DNA of 64,000 bases, from contig CAJINV010000003.1 of the NCBI GenBank assembly GCA_905178155.1, forward strand, positions 4,437,863-4,501,862. Reading direction: 5' to 3'. This document shows, in pieces, positions 33,273-46,986 of the stretch. The translations under genes and the position numbers were made by a program. The first letter of the stretch is position 1; each line of letters starts with the position of its first letter. Under the pieces are notes generated by a model. The model saw nothing but the letters and a program-made list of their open reading frames with translations, was not told where the DNA came from and did not search any database. The stretch comes from Amoebophrya sp. A120 (lineage: Eukaryota; Protista; Dinoflagellata).

Positions 33273-36200
33273 TCACGACAGACGCTGCGAAGCGCCGCGG
33301 CCCAAATAGGCAGGCGTCGTTGATTTCTTGGCCGCAGCAAAGAGCTCGTGACTCGAGATGCCGAGTGTCTCCATTCGCCGAGCCAGCTCGCCGATGAGCA
33401 CACCGTACCGGGTTTGAAACTCTTTGTAGGAAAGGCACAAATCCGGCAGGGGAAACCAGCCGTTGTAGCTTCCCGCAACGAAAATGTCCTCCCAGTCCAG
33501 GTGCGCGGCGGAAACATTCTGTTTTGATTGACATAGATAAACCACGATAGAAACCAGTGTGGTTCCAAATTCGCGAGTCCCTATTCGCATACATACTTAC
33601 ACTACCACCGTGAATCATTTTTTTCTTCTAAGTATTCGGCAAACAAAAGCACAGTACCGCCTCCTCGGCAAAGGCCAAAACCGCTTCCTTGAAGACGTCA
33701 CACCGCACACGGTAGTCGGTTTCCTGGAAGAGGTTCTCGACCCGTTTTACGTTGGAGAACAGTAAGATCGTAAACAGGTCGTCCAAGTGGCGGCGCAAAT
33801 AGGCGCACGCGCGCACGCACACGGTGGCGAATAGATGCTGGTAGGTAAGCGTGGGCTCATTGCGGAACAGTTGGACCGCGGTGACCCACTCGTAGACCGG
33901 CCGCGCGACGGTCTCCGCCACGCGCAGCTCGGCGAAAATCCGCGCCAGCCCCGCCTCCGAAATGGCGTCCGTGGGACTGACCTTGGCGATCGCCAGCGTT
34001 TCCGGCAAATCCAGGTCCACCCCCGTGATGACGTCCAGGAACTCGCGCACGTCCTTGCGCAGCTCGCGCACCATCTTCTCCTGCTCCGGCTTGGCCACCG
34101 CGCGCTTGCTGTCCACGTGGTGGCAGTAGCGGCGAAAATCCTTGTAGGCGATGGTCAGCTGGCCCTCGTTGGCGCTCGTGACCGCGACGTCCTTGTTCGT
34201 GATGTCGATGATGTCCACCGTCCGCCGGGCCTCCGCGTCGGTCATGATCCCCCCGCCAAGCACCTGGTACACAAATTTGAGAAACAGGCTCCGCGACACG
34301 GTGGGCGTCGCGTTCGCATTCCCGTCATTCGCCCGGTTCTCGAGTAGCGCGAAGGTGAAGTAGGCCGGCAGGTTGAAGCAGTACTGGTTGGTGCGCAGGA
34401 AAAGCTCGCGCCGGGACGCGTCGCCCACGTGGGACAGATCGACCGACGTCTTGGGCGGCGGGGCACTCTGGGCCACCTCGTCGACGTACCCGAACCGACG
34501 ACTTCGGAAGCGGTTGAACGACTCCAGAAATTCCTGCAGCGTAAACGTCTTGTCGCCGCCATACCGCTGGTAACACTCCTTGTCGCTGTCCGAAAGCGGG
34601 AGGCCTGTGTGTTTTGTTTTTCAGAAGATAAGTGGCTCTACTTCTCGCAGATGATGAACGCGTTCGTGCAAAAAAGAAAACATTGACTGCAGATACAGTA
34701 AGACAAAAAAAGGTAGAAAGCGTCCCAAGAAAGTTTTGCTTCTTTCCTTACCGAGCTTCTTCAGCATGAGGATGAAGTCATCGATCGTGAGCTTGCCGTC
34801 CTGGTCTGCGTCTAGAATCCGGAAGGCTTTGATTGGGTCCACGTGTGAGGCCAGTATGACTTCGAACAGCTTGAGAAACAGCGAGTTGTTTTCGAAGTCG
34901 TAGAAGTAGAAGAAGACCTTCTGCATCTTGGAAATGTTTTCCTCGGTGACCTCCATGCGCCGCTGCGCTTTGCTCCAAGAGCAAAAGGCCTGTAGCGCCA
35001 GTACGCTCGCAAGGCCACTGCTGTTCAGTCCAAGCTCCTTCCACGCAGCGACGGCTATGGCCACGTCGTCGCGATTTGGATTTCTCGCAATCAGCGCGGC
35101 GGCATTGTCCAACATCGCCACGGCATCCGCAGTTTTCGTGCAGCCAGAGATCAGTAGCGACAACAGCTCCTTAATGATGTTGACGGCCGCGGGGTGGGAG
35201 GGTAACTTTGGCATATCCACCGGCTCCGCAAGCGCTGTTACATCCTCGCTAGCTACAAGGATCTCAGGCGCCGCCTTTGGAGCGACAGCGACATCACCTG
35301 CTAGTTGAAATTTCAGTGGTCAAAGCACGAAAATGAAGAAAATCAGAGTAGCCTTCACGAAGACAGGGACGGATCTTACTTACGTTGCCGAGTAGCAATC
35401 GATCCTTCAATGCTGCAGAAAACGAACCAGCTCAATAAATAGTACCCTCAGCGTCCTCCACCAGCATCGGGTCGCTGCTGGAATCTGGAGCGGTAGTGGC
35501 TCGATCCATCTCCCGTTGTAGACGGTCCAGATCCACGTGCCTTTTATGGCTGACGACTTCCAGGTAGTCGGCGAGGCACTGAGCCGGATCCTCCCAGTCC
35601 GCCGCCGTCAGGACCTCCGCCGTGAGCACGTGCTCAAATGCTTTTCTGTGGACCACCGTTATCCGCCGGCGCTCCATGGTTGCCTGTTGTATTTGAGCAA
35701 GGTGCTGCCCGGGGCTGGTAGCGTCGTCTTCTTGTTCTGGTGGCCGCATACTATTTTCGTCCAGCGGTGGTGCCGCGCCCACGACCATGCCGGCGTACGC
35801 GGACTGTGCGAACGGGACCGCCGCTTTGGCGGGCGAGCTTGGCTGATTCCCCTCGACGATCCCGGTGGCTGCCTTCCGCGGCGATTGCGACTTGTTTCGA
35901 CTACTCGCCGTGCCCTGTAGCAGTCGCGAGCTCTGAGGCGGGGTTCTCAGGGCGCGCTCTACCTGCGACTGCGTCACGACTCCGACATGATCGGGAGTTG
36001 TGGTGGAACGACGAGGCTTGCTGCCCGAAGCAGCTGAGGCCCCGCTCAAGGACGCGACGAGCGCATCAACTTGGAACGAGTAGGCCCGGAAAAGGTCCTT
36101 GACATTGCGACCCTCCAGCGCGTTGCTCAGCGCCACCAGGCACCGTTTCGCCTTGAACTCGCTCTCCTGCTTCCTTTCCAGGTAGCGCTGAAACACCTCG

Positions 36201-39200
36201 ACCAGAAATCGCACCTCTAATTCCGTGTTTTCCGGCGCGAGGAGGATGTCGAAGATTTGTCGCACGCAGACCTTCAGCGTCCCCTCCTCGGGTGGGAAAA
36301 ATCGCGTCAGCGTCTTTACAAGGCGATCGCAGGACAGCGAAGCAGCGGCGGTCCCCGGTGTGGTCTGTTCGCCAAGGAGCTTGTTGATCTCGAAGAGGAA
36401 CGAGGTCTCGTCCTGCGCCAGTGCGCCTATGCGGCTGAGTGCTTCCCTGACCGGCGCGACGCGCTGGCGAAGCCACTCGCGCACGAAGCTGCACGAGACC
36501 ATGGCGCGCTCACGCTCCTGCACGGCATCGAACCCGAGCATCACCCGGCCCTCGCTTTCGCCCCATACCTGCGCGGTTACCGCGTTGGCTTCCTGTTTGG
36601 TCAGCACGGCCTGAAGCGCGAGATGGCGCTCTAGCTCTGCGATCGACATCTCGGTCATACCGACCGGTGGCTCTACGTCGTCAGTTGCGAGACCCGCGGC
36701 CACCACCTTTCGCAGAGCGGTGGGAAACAACGGCGCACTGCGATAGTAGTCCGATCCGGAACTCCCACCGTACTGGAGAGACCCGCCGGCTATCCCGCCT
36801 GGTGGTCCAAGCGACGACATAGGGAACGATGCGGTGCCTTGGCGCACGTCTTCCGCCTCGGAAACTACGGCCACAAACGTTTCTTTTGTCGTAGTCGGCT
36901 CTGCCGGTCGCTGCTGCACTCCAGCTTCGGACGCTGTACGCAGTGGGAGTGACCCGAGGCCGGTCGAGGACGATCCGGCATCGTCTGCAAACGAATCTGC
37001 GTAGCCAGTTGCGCACTGCAAGCTCACCTCCAGCGTCGAAGGGTTTGCAGGGGCCCCACTGCTGTCTTGGTCGACGGAAACCGGCTGAACGCTCGCGCGG
37101 CACGACATACTGCCGTCCGGCCACGGCACCTGCACCTTGCATATTCCAAGCAGCGACCTGGCAGCGAATTCCGTCGTGCTGCGCCGCTCTGACCAAACCT
37201 GCACAAACAACTTGTTCGGCCCCCCAAGCGGCAGATCGAAGAAGTGCTGCGACGAGTACCGAAAGGAGTTCGCAGGCATCCAGGGTGACTCCATCTCTTG
37301 AAAACGACTCGTCCCCCCCGGCGTACTTGTACCGCTGCTGGCGCTCGTTGGCAGCTTGTAGGAGACGAGTATGTTACTCGTTGGCGGGACGGTAGAAGCC
37401 CCCTCGTTGGCGGACGCAAACGACCCGATCTGCAGCCGGAGACACTGTTTCATCGGCACCACCTTGACCTTGAAGCACGCTTTGCCGATGATTTTGCGCG
37501 CCCCCTCGCTGCTGTGGATCGGGACTGTGTACTCCTCTTTGGTCAGGGCCTCCTCGTTGACCGGAACTTCGGCGGAATACGCCTCGGAAACTAGCTTCAA
37601 CGCACTGTACTCCGAAACGGAGGAGTAGGCCGTGATGTGGGACGCGCGGACCGCCTCGCTGACCATCAAACTGCGCGCATCCAGGTACGGCGACAGCAGG
37701 GCCGAACCGCCGGTCGTCGCGCTGGCGGGCAACTGGATCTCCATCGCGAGCTCCGCGGCGACGCTCTGCTTCGCCGACCCGGAGCCAGAAGGTGTGATCA
37801 GCGCGGGCGAGTTCGCCGGCAGCACGCCGCGCGTGAAGTCGCGCTTGGCCGCGTCGGCATTGAAGTAGACTTTGGTAACCATTTCCTTCTTCGTCTCCTT
37901 CTGGATGTGCATCACCTGCGCCCGCTGCGAGTGGCACGACACCAGGTTCGCCGACTGCTTCGCCTGAAGGACCAGCGACGCGCGCTTCACATTCATGCCC
38001 CGAAACGTAACCCACTGCAACGACACGATGCCTTTTGCAAGGGCGGTGGGCGCAGCTATTGCTTGCTGAGACGCGGCGGCGGGCGCCGCCCCAGTTGGAA
38101 CTACTTCCAGTGGGGCAGAAGTAGATGGGCCTTCGGCAGGTGCAGCTTTTGTAGCGCTAACCGTGGGCTCGGGCTTCACGAACATGTTAAAGGCGTGCAC
38201 GCCCTGCTCCGTCTGCTCCTGCGGGTGTGCTTTTGGAGGACGCTGTTCTACAGACGCTCGCAACGACGCGGCAACTGGTATAGTTTCCGTATCGCCTTTT
38301 GTTTCCAGAAGATAGATCCAGCAGAAGTGAATGAGTGAATGATTTACCCAACTGACGGGGTTATTGGAAATGCTAGCAACTACTGTTCGACGTAACTACT
38401 ATCTCCTAGGGGAAAGGCAAACTTCTTGCCTTTGCACCACTTCTCGTGCTTCCTCATCTTTTCCACTCTCTTTTCCACTGCTTTGCAATAGTGCAGCTGA
38501 TCCTTGACCCTGAAACCCGATGGTCGCACATCATCCTTGACGCTGAAAATTTAACTTTTTCATGCCACAAGAATTTTTGCGCTAAGTGACATTGAAACAA
38601 AAAAACACAGAAGTACTCACCATTGTGAAAAGGATCCGCTGCCATGATTGTTTCAAGGTGTGCTTGCGGTTTGAGGCCCCCTCGAGAGACGTTCTCGGCT
38701 AGGCTCTCCGTCATATCTTCGCGCAGCTTTTCTGCACGCTCTGCCAAGGCAGCCCATTGCCGCGCGGCCGACCCGTTGACGTCATCAATGTCAGCGGAGC
38801 TGAAACGGGGTGAGGTTGGCAACGTCTGCATTGCATTCGACCAGGCGTTTGATGCGCTACCACTAGACTCCGCAGCTGCATATGACGAACCTTTGAAGAT
38901 ATTCGCTGGTTTGTAGAAGTTCTGCAAAAAAAAAGGTACACTCTGCCAACAGTTCCACAAAACAATGACACTGATGCACGTATCTTTCCTTGGTTTTCAA
39001 ATTTGATTTCCACGCTTATGTACAATATACGAGCTGCAATCACTGTTTATTTTTTACCACTTGGTCGTGCCTTCGGGCCCCCCTCGGTCGTAGTTACGGG
39101 CTCTTTCCAGCAGGTGACTATGGAGATATCGATGTCGCTGCTCCCGATGCGAAACCGCCCCCCGACGTCCAGCGTGGTGTGGGATCCCGCGGTCTGCACG

Positions 39201-39607
39201 AAGGGTTGCAGGTCGATGCTTCCAACCTCGTCCCCAATGCGAACGTCGACGGACGGATCGTCTGCCAAGTAGTACCCAAACCGCTCCGGTGAGGTGTTAA
39301 TCGGGATCTCCAAAGGTTCGTTCGGCAGCAGTTTCATCTCCCGCGTTTCCCCCCACCAAAGCAAGTAAACAGGGCCGTCTGAGAATTCAGTTCAGAGCTT
39401 CATCAAATGCAAAATGAGAAGTCAGAAAGGAGCAAAGAAAAGCAAAAGCTGCTATATTCAACATTGGATTTTAGCATTCTGACGAGTCTCGTGTTTACAA
39501 AAAGAATCAATAGATACACACTTCTTACCTGCCTGCGTGACATCTATGCGGACGTACCCCCGAGAGGTACCCCGCACATTCGGAGGCAGGGTGAACGAAC
39601 CGCTCAT
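33273..39607 (-). CDS. C2CD3: C2CD3-like centriolar/ciliary C2-domain protein with EF-hand-like motifs, multi-exon
   Basis: N-terminal LPPNVRGTSRGYVRIDV and LLWWGET...SPERFGYYLAD match the C2CD3 N-terminal C2 pattern; internal C2 (LFVQVWSE...LLGICKV); EF-hand AFRILDADQDGKLTIDDF; terminal C2-like YNGWFPL. Confidence 0.65.
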
Positions 39608-40188
39608 TAGCTCCTGAAAGCGGAAGCTCCTCCAGAGGTCCCTCACATAATTTTTTCCATTGATAATTTTTGCGAAGTACAGGTGTACTTTGACACCATT
39701 CGCGTATCGAAAGACAGCATGGTCTCCTACTCTCACTTGTAGGGCTGTGTGTTGGCACGGTGTCAGTGAGATAAAAGTGAAACTGGTGAACAGAAAAAAG
39801 TATTATTTTGTTCGTTTGTTCGTTCTCGATGGAAGCGCGGTATTCGGGTTGAAAGCGTTGCTTTCCCCTCGTCGCGACACTAGAGCAACTTGAAGAAAGC
39901 CGCTCTTTGGCTAAACAGTTTCTTGATGACTACTTCAAGAAATAAAACACTCTTTGGCATAGAGAAGAGAGTATATTAGACCAGTCTCTTTATTGTACAA
40001 CTTCTTCCTTGGATTGCATGAACACGGCTGCATGTACTTCTGCGTGTCATCCATTTGCTTTTGCTGCATTCCTGCAAACTGCTCCGCTTTTTATACTGGT
40101 ATTAAAGTAGATTCCTCTCTTCTAGTCGGCTAGATGCTAAAAATGCAGGTCTTGCTCCTCCAGCAGATGAAACAGATCAAGATCTTTA

Positions 40189-42891
40189 TCAACAACTTCG
40201 AAGGTGTGGAGCGTATGTCTCGCACCGCGGATCCACTCCGTTTAACAGTGTCTGTCCCAAATATCCAGTATTCGTATCGTTTATGTTATTCCGCAAGGAC
40301 GTCACCCAAAACTTGCGATACGGGTCTGCCGTTATGGACGCGGAACAGTGATCGTGCAGCGCCACGTAGTCCCACAAAGTGCCACACGGCTGAAAAAAAA
40401 AATCCCACATTCCGTTGTAAGACCGTTCCACGCGAGCCGCAAGGGTATCATCGCCGATTACGACGAGACCCGGATGCATCCCAAAGTTCGGCCTCCACCC
40501 CATTCCTGTGTACAGCTGCAGAAGTGGCACCAGGGGCAGGCCTTGAACGAGTAGAAATGCCCCCAACTCTGTAAGAAAGGTCAGCTTGGGAAAGAATAGC
40601 GACTGGGCCTCTCTTACCCAATAACCTTCCCCCGTCCGCCAGAAAAGCGCTTTCGGCAGCGCAACCCATTCGAGAGTGACAAGAAGGGTGTTAGCCAGGG
40701 CGAAAACGACCGCGAGCACCCAGGCGGCAAGCAGCATGAAGACTCGGAGCTGGAACAGTCGGGGAAACTGCATCAAATGGGCCAAGGGGGCGACATCGCT
40801 GCAGCGGAACAAAGGGTTAGTCCCGTCGAAAAGTGCCTCGTTCTGATAGGGATGGAGTAAGTCTTCAAACGACCACGGCGCCACGTGAATGTCAGCGAAT
40901 GAGGGATCGCTTGCAATGCTGGCCTCCCATTGAGCTTCGTCCGCACCAACCAGAGCTGTCACAAGGTTGATTCGCTCTCCATACACCAGCTGCAGCGTCT
41001 CGAAAAAAAGCAGCAGAACAACTGAGAGTGGCGCGGCAAGCACATGAAGAGCCTGCATTGCGCTGGAGTGGTGTTTTGTCCCCTCTCGCGCCTGGTGTAG
41101 TAGCACAGCGATACGATCCACGGAGTCCGGCTGTCCGCGCAAGGCAGTGTCCGCTGGCAGCGTCATAGAGGCGTCGCGCTGGACCGGTAGTTGTGCACGA
41201 CTCGCGGTTTTCTTGTTCTTCATCTTGCCGCCTTCCTCCTGCTCGAGGGGTGCGCGATCCTGGCCTCCTGCGGCTGTACTATGCTCGTCAACTCCAACGC
41301 GCTGCGACGAAACGGGTGAAAAAGTACCGCCGCTCGCCCGGCGGGCCAAACTTCGAGCCTGCCTGGTTTCATCGGTATTGGAAGGCAGTGCGGCGGTCAG
41401 CAGCAAAAGAATGCGCGGCAGCACCAGCCACAGCAGCCGCGTCAGGCGCTCGCCGAAGCTCATCATAAACGGAAAACCCGTCGGAGCTTTTCGATCCTGC
41501 GGGTGGCACCAGGGCTCGTATATCGTCAACGTATACCGCGACAGAAGGAACAGCACTTCGGTGACGATCAAACACACGGCAAAAATCCGCCCGTCCGCAG
41601 TGTCGACCGCCTGCACTATGCTGCTCAGCGTTCCCATGTGTACAAAATCGAAAGGGTAGAACAGGTAGTACTCTTCGTCCGGAACATCTTGAAGACGCCT
41701 CGATCGAGCTTGATTATCAGGCTCTTGGGGCACCAGCTCCTCGTCGCGCAGTATCAAAACAGGTCGGAGTTCTGCGACTTCATCTTCTGCTGACAAATCT
41801 TGAGCTGGATCATTATTTCCCCCGGCAGGCACCACCACAGAAGCTGCCTGACGTCGTCTGCCAAGCGCACGGCGGGGGAAAAGCACTCGAATTAAGGGGA
41901 GCACGATCGCAACAAGCGCCGACAGGAATCCCAGGTTCAGGTAAACGACCGCAGTGATGTACTGATCGGTCGTGCTTTCCAGGGCGTATGCAAGCAGATT
42001 CTGCGTGAATTGCTCGTTCGCCGAACCCACGTCCCGCGCAACCAAGAACCTTCCGTCGATCGCTTTCTGATCCCGTTTCCGCTGGTCTTCGAACGCTTTG
42101 TGATCCTGTTTCCGCTGCTCCTGCACCTGAATCACCGTGCGTTCCAATTCCCGCAGCCGCTGGAAAACGTCGGCGAGAACAGGACTAGGACGCGTAGTTG
42201 TAGTACTTTCAGCAGCCGCCCGCATCACCGGTGGTCCTTCTTTTTTCTCGCCCGGTGGCTGCTCGGAGAAGGCCGCCCCACTGGATTCCTCCGCGGTCCC
42301 CGCAGTGAAGTCTGACCGCGTGGCCCGGGCAGGACTACCAGGTGAATGATCTCCGACAGCAAGAAGTGTACTATTCGGGGAAAGAACACTTGAAAAAGGA
42401 GTGCCGCTGCTGGTGTCGATGCCACGATCGTCTGGCCCTTCCTCCGGAGGAGGTTCTTGTTTTAGTTGTAGATGAGAGGACGGCGGCCCCTGTACTACGT
42501 CTTGCTCTGTTGTAGTCCGCATATTAGTAGTTGTACTCCTCTTTTCTTGCAGCTTTCTTGTCAGGCGATCCGCGCCGAGAAGCTGGCCATCGACTACATG
42601 CAGCTCCTCCGCCTCTTCCACCTTAGAAACCCGATCGTTTCGCTGTAGAGCAGCTCCTCCTGCGGAGGAGGTACTCGTACTACCAGCTTCGCCGCCCGAC
42701 ACCGGCAGATTTTCACCATCGTGGTCTGCCCCGATTCGCGGAACTTTGCTTCTACTCGCAAGCACTGCTGACTTCGGCAAAAATGGATCACCTCCTCCAA
42801 GTAGCAAGAGCAGAAAGCACTGGACGGCGCATGCAAAACCATAACGTCCTCGTTGTCCTCCGCCAATTTCGGCAAAAAAAATGCGCCACAT
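40189..42891 (-). CDS. Hypothetical 900-aa multi-pass membrane protein with signal peptide
   Basis: Uninterrupted ORF; N-terminal hydrophobic segment, low-complexity ectodomain, coiled coil and about 6 hydrophobic helices. Confidence 0.75.
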   Translation of the reverse strand: MWRIFFAEIGGGQRGRYGFACAVQCFLLLLLGGGDPFLPKSAVLASRSKVPRIGADHDGENLPVSGGEAGSTSTSSAGGAALQRNDRVSKVEEAEELHVVDGQLLGADRLTRKLQEKRSTTTNMRTTTEQDVVQGPPSSHLQLKQEPPPEEGPDDRGIDTSSGTPFSSVLSPNSTLLAVGDHSPGSPARATRSDFTAGTAEESSGAAFSEQPPGEKKEGPPVMRAAAESTTTTRPSPVLADVFQRLRELERTVIQVQEQRKQDHKAFEDQRKRDQKAIDGRFLVARDVGSANEQFTQNLLAYALESTTDQYITAVVYLNLGFLSALVAIVLPLIRVLFPRRALGRRRQAASVVVPAGGNNDPAQDLSAEDEVAELRPVLILRDEELVPQEPDNQARSRRLQDVPDEEYYLFYPFDFVHMGTLSSIVQAVDTADGRIFAVCLIVTEVLFLLSRYTLTIYEPWCHPQDRKAPTGFPFMMSFGERLTRLLWLVLPRILLLLTAALPSNTDETRQARSLARRASGGTFSPVSSQRVGVDEHSTAAGGQDRAPLEQEEGGKMKNKKTASRAQLPVQRDASMTLPADTALRGQPDSVDRIAVLLHQAREGTKHHSSAMQALHVLAAPLSVVLLLFFETLQLVYGERINLVTALVGADEAQWEASIASDPSFADIHVAPWSFEDLLHPYQNEALFDGTNPLFRCSDVAPLAHLMQFPRLFQLRVFMLLAAWVLAVVFALANTLLVTLEWVALPKALFWRTGEGYWVREAQSLFFPKLTFLTELGAFLLVQGLPLVPLLQLYTGMGWRPNFGMHPGLVVIGDDTLAARVERSYNGMWDFFFQPCGTLWDYVALHDHCSASITADPYRKFWVTSLRNNINDTNTGYLGQTLLNGVDPRCETYAPHLRSC

Positions 42892-43792
42892 TTTTTCAGC
42901 TCAACTACACCAAAAATCGGGATCAAACCCGACAAGATGACGGACGACTCATCAACAACTTATACAAATTGCTATAGATGACCTGTAGAAGTCACAGAAA
43001 CGGCGTGGCAGCATGGCTTTGGCGTCTGCAGCTGTTCTACTCGCAGAAGACATTTATTATTTTCATCTCTTTGCCTAAAATAAGAAGAAAGAGTTGAACG
43101 AAGCAAAAAGAGTTTCAGCTGCTTCGGTAGCTACACAGGACGCGACTCTCGAGCTACGTTTGCTCCTGTCAAAATACTTATTCTCGAACTGCTGAGCTTG
43201 TCAGGCCCTCAGTTCTTGTCCCAAGAACACGCAAAGTCGCTACAGCCCAGCAGATTCCTGGAGCATTCTGTCGTCCTCCCTGCTAAGTGTAATCCTTGCG
43301 GAATAGAGTTGTGCACACCGTCTGGATATAACATGGTTTCTACTGGTCTTTCTCTTTGAGCTCATAAATGCTGACGCGGCGTGGTGTCGCCACGATTGCG
43401 ACTTCGTGTTGTTTTGCACTGTTGAAACAAAAACATGCGACGTACAGTTTTTGCATTTCTAAATCTGTGTCACTTCTATTTTTATCATCAAAAACGAAAG
43501 CGAAAGGAAAGCTCCAGTTGTCTGTCGCAGAAGCATGAAATGAGATGAAAGCAGAATTCTGTCTTGGTACTATTGGATCGATGACTACGCTGTGAGTACT
43601 TCGCTAGCCTGCTTATCCATTTTTCCCAGACCTCGGTCGACGATGTGCCGCATCTTCGTAATGGAGCCCATCACCTTTGGCTCGGCAAACTTTCCGACTG
43701 TCTTTATTGAAGACTTGACGCGGCCTGATCAAGCGTTTTTTACTGTAATTGATTTTTTGTCCAAGTTCTTCACATCAATTGACCAGAATAAA

Positions 43793-44173
43793 TTATACAG
43801 TAGCCGAGAATGATTTTGGGAAAGCGTCCACATAACAAAGCTCACTCAGAAATATCAGAAAATGAATCACGTTTTCCATACCAACTTGCAGATGCAGTTG
43901 GTGTGCCTCGTTTGCAGCTTCCTCGACCGATGGGCAAGGCGCTGCGGACAACAGCAAGCTGACGGGCGCACGAGTGAGTTCGAAAGCTTTGTTGATGCGA
44001 CCAAGCAGGTTCTTCGTTTGGTCTCCGACCTCATCCAAGGCATGGTGAAAATCTTGCAGGTTCCCTTGCAGGCCGGAATTCTGTTCCCCGAGATCTTCGC
44101 TAGCTTCCAGGTACGGCTTGGGCCACTCGAGCATGTGCTGTACCGCCTGCTGCAAGGCCACGTTTTTTGACAT
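43793..44173 (-). CDS. Hypothetical protein exon (probably continues toward ~43240)
   Basis: ATG-initiated helical ORF with a GTATG donor near 43880; downstream minus-strand frames look coding-like. Confidence 0.4.
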   Translation of the reverse strand: MSKNVALQQAVQHMLEWPKPYLEASEDLGEQNSGLQGNLQDFHHALDEVGDQTKNLLGRINKAFELTRAPVSLLLSAAPCPSVEEAANEAHQLHLQVGMENVIHFLIFLSELCYVDAFPKSFSATV

Positions 44174-44738
44174 TGCGTTTGCGCTGGTACAAAGGCGGCA
44201 CCCGGCGTCGAGGACTAGGAGTCGCCCTCCGCAGCTACATAAGTTTCATTCTTTCATAATGCGGCGTGTACGTAATGCAACAAACAATTTCCAACAACTG
44301 CAAGAACTACTATCGTCTGCGAAAAAGTCCTTTCTGCACTGAGATTGTTGGACGCGCTCGCAGCTTCCCTACTGCCATGAACGTGCTCGCAGTCGAAACC
44401 GTGCTACGATGGTTATCGACCCTCTCGTCCGTCTGTCTCCATTCGAGCCTCATTGATTCACTCTAGGCGAGCCAACGAAGAAAGTCTCTGCAAGACACAA
44501 AAAGCGTCGAACTACACCGTACACATTTCACATTCCGGGCCTCTGGTCGCACGACGCGGATGGTCGGAGCGAGGAGCAGTTGTACCGAGACAATTGATAA
44601 TTAGTGGCCAAAATAAGTGCATCTGCTCGGATCGGGTCTCTAGTTCGTTCATTTTCTAGTCTTAATCGTACAAGCGAACCTCGTGTTGAAACATATTTAC
44701 ATTGAAGATTTTTTCTTTCGGTACAGCGATTTGATGCT

Positions 44739-46986
44739 TCAGTTTGTTCTTTCGGCCCCTCCTCTTTCTGAGTCTTCATCGAAAGAGAAGTCCGTGTCCT
44801 CCCCGGGCGCCATTGCTCTTGGAGGCTGCTGCTCTTGATCAACAGGAGGCCCAAAAGCAGGACCACCACCCGCCGCGTTACCACCGCCCGTCCCGCCGCT
44901 CGGAAGGCGATTTCCCGCGCCTTGAAAAGCTGAAGTGGTACCCGCAGCCGGGCGCACCGGCCCTCGCGGACCGGTGGCGGCAGGCGTAACTGGTACTGGA
45001 TTCGCGGGCGCACCAGCAGGCGCAATCGCAGGTCCACTGCTGTCCAACCAAAGGTACAGCATAAAGGCTAAAACGAGCGTGCCCTGAGAGAATTTTCATT
45101 TTGAATATTCAGGGATCTTCAGTGGATGAGCTTCCAATCATGTATATCCAGGCAGACCACGAAAGCAGCAGCCTATTTCTATTTTTTGCAAAACATAATC
45201 AAGTAAACACATATAGCAGATGGCAATACCACCACTCCAAGGACAACCAGGTTCATTGTTCGCACGAACTTCATCGTAGAGGATTCCGGGCTGCCGCCTG
45301 ACCCGTCGTCCTCTGTGCCCGACGACACCGGCGTGAGGACACCCTCCTTCTGCAGAAGGCGCACGCGCTTCACTTGCAGGGTATCTTCTTCCTGTATTAT
45401 AATGAAAAATGCCCCCACTTCCGAACTCGGGAGCATTTGTATTCATTGCAACCCTTTCCAAATGAAACACTCGCCCTCTTGCATCTGTCAGCATCACAGG
45501 TTTTCAATCGCGAATAGCAAAAATTTGTATTGCAAAAGACCCCAGCAAGGGCGGCACTTGTCATGGAAGCGATGCGATACACGCTTAGACTCTGCATCAG
45601 AAAGATTCATAGTCCTTTCATGCATGGCAGAAAGTTTTCATTTGGAAACTTCGCATCACAAATTTTTGCAACTTTGGGGGTGGGGGCATTTTTCACTGTA
45701 ATATCCTGCTCCACCCCGAGCTTGTCTTTGTCCAGCTTTAAGATTTTCGCCTCCAACTGCAGTTCCTCCGCGAGAATTTCGGTTTTCCTTTTCTTCGCAT
45801 CGGCTAGCGCAACGTTGGTCTTCTCCACTTCCTCATTCGTCCACTGGTCGTCCTCCGAACTGGTTTGGTTCCGTTGTTCCCGAGCTCGCTCTTCGCCACC
45901 TGTGGTCATGCGCTCCGCTACGTTCAGCAGACTGTTCTCGTCGGAGGTTTGGGTCTGCTCTCCTGTCGGACCGATGTGATATACCCCATCGTCTTGAAAA
46001 ACGTAATCCGGTCCTCGCGTGGGACTCTCTGCACCACTCTGCGCTTGTGGAACTGTTCTTGACCTGCTGGTGACTTCTGGTGATGGACTCCTACCATACT
46101 GGGATTGTGCTCCACTCGGAGAAACGTTGCCGTACGCGCCAGCGGGAAGATAGGGAGCTGCGTACATTGGACTTTCGCGGCCATGAGCACTTGTTGCGCT
46201 TCTTTCAGCAGCTAGTACTCCCTGCTGCTGAAACGATATGGCTCGTGTGCTTCCGGCATTTCGCTTGTGCTGCTGCATTCGTGCCTGTTCACGTGCTGCG
46301 AGATAATGCAGGCGTGCACGCTCGTGAAAACCACTCGCCGTCCCAATGTTGTTGCCTTGCAGCGATGCAGGATCACCGCGGTTATTCGAACCAACCCACG
46401 GCCCGACTGAAGGCGCCCTCGCTGAAGGAGCTTGCGTCGCGGCGGAAAAGGGAGCCTGTGGTACGCGCTGTTTGTTCCCCCTATCGACAAAGTCGTGTTT
46501 CTCCAACATCGAAGTTGCTATCTCCACTGCAGATCCGCGCGGAATGATTTGCTCCGCAGGCTTGTCTACCAACAGGTTTCGCATGGAAAATGGCTCCGGA
46601 TCGCTGATGATGGGCTGCGAATCAAAAGCATGATCTGCGTCTTCTTTTTTTGTGCCAGTTATCGATGGACCTTCAGAGGTTGGAGACTGAGGCCTCCCTT
46701 GCGCATGCGCGTCTCTACTTTCCTCGCCGTGCACGCTATGCGCTTGCAGCAAATTTCCAGCTTGGATGCCAGCCGGTGGCTCTTGCGTACGCGTCTCGGT
46801 AAGTACGTCGCCTGGAAAATCGATCAAAGCGTCACCCTCCGCGAATGTGGTCTCCCGGCTTGCTCGCTCGACCGGCAACATGGCGAATGATGTACCAGTC
46901 GCAAGAGAAACGATGAGCAGTAGCCCCCGCTGCCTTCTGCACGACCACGACACGAGCCGTGCACATGGGTAGGAGGGAGTGGTCAT
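44739..46986 (-). CDS. Hypothetical secreted/membrane low-complexity protein, probably multi-exon
   Basis: ORF 45607-47064 with signal-like GLLLIVSLATGTSFA; downstream ORFs 45179-45436 (TM NLVVLGVVVLPSAICVYLIMF) and 44739-45062 (P/A/G-rich). Exon joins not established. Confidence 0.5.
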